Positions 63,717 to 64,000 of a DNA stretch of 64,000 nt are shown here, one piece after another. The stretch lies in contig CM075988.1 of the NCBI GenBank assembly GCA_038087875.1, forward strand, positions 16,928,001-16,992,000, in the 5' to 3' direction. Source of the DNA: Malacoraja senta (lineage: Eukaryota). The notes beneath the pieces are model-generated. The model made no database searches and was not told the origin of the DNA. It worked only from the letters and a program-made list of their open reading frames with translations. A program made the position numbers and the translations under genes. The stretch's first letter is position 1. The number at the start of each line of letters is the position of its first letter.

Positions 63717-64000
63717 ATGCTGTATAATTCTATGACCTCAACCCATGTATGTTGGCTATTGTCTCTCTGTCAATAGAAGCAACTTAACCTTTTTTACCTA
63801 ACCAAGATTTTTCTCTCAGCCTTCTCTGATGTAAACTAAACAATATTTGTTTTTTCTGGTCTCGCAACTAGTATTATTTTAGAAAATAATTTACACACAC
63901 AAGGTTTCTCATCTGAGAAATTACTATCTTTGTTCATCAGACACGGTTTGATTTGCTGTGTATTTGTGATTACTTATGCACGGGAGAACTGCAGCGGGAT

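Overview
Vertebrate genomic DNA with a repeat landscape typical of a cartilaginous fish, most likely a skate or ray (inferred from HE1-like V-SINEs, CR1, Rex1/Babar, Penelope-like and DeuSINE repeats). The only host coding sequence I can support is two minus-strand exons of DSCAML1: exon 2 (34415-34732, Ig1) and exon 3 (28587-28733, start of Ig2). The rest is most likely intron 1, 2 and 3 sequence, since exons 1 and 4 were not found, and it is densely filled with nested transposable elements. Highlights: (i) a truncated Penelope-like element (RT YIDD plus GIY-YIG endonuclease) and many short derivatives of its terminus, which carry a minimal hammerhead-ribozyme-like motif, are often arranged as foldbacks, and repeatedly show ~14-bp target-site duplications; (ii) three CpG-rich Harbinger-type MITEs with shared termini but different bodies; (iii) a well-preserved DD34E Tc1 3' fragment; (iv) two related non-coding GC-rich elements with a conserved 3' hairpin; (v) a 55-bp inverted copy of local sequence at a CR1 deletion junction. 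Repeat boundaries are by eye and approximate unless TSD or TIR coordinates are given. Family names come from motif recognition and recall, not database searches.
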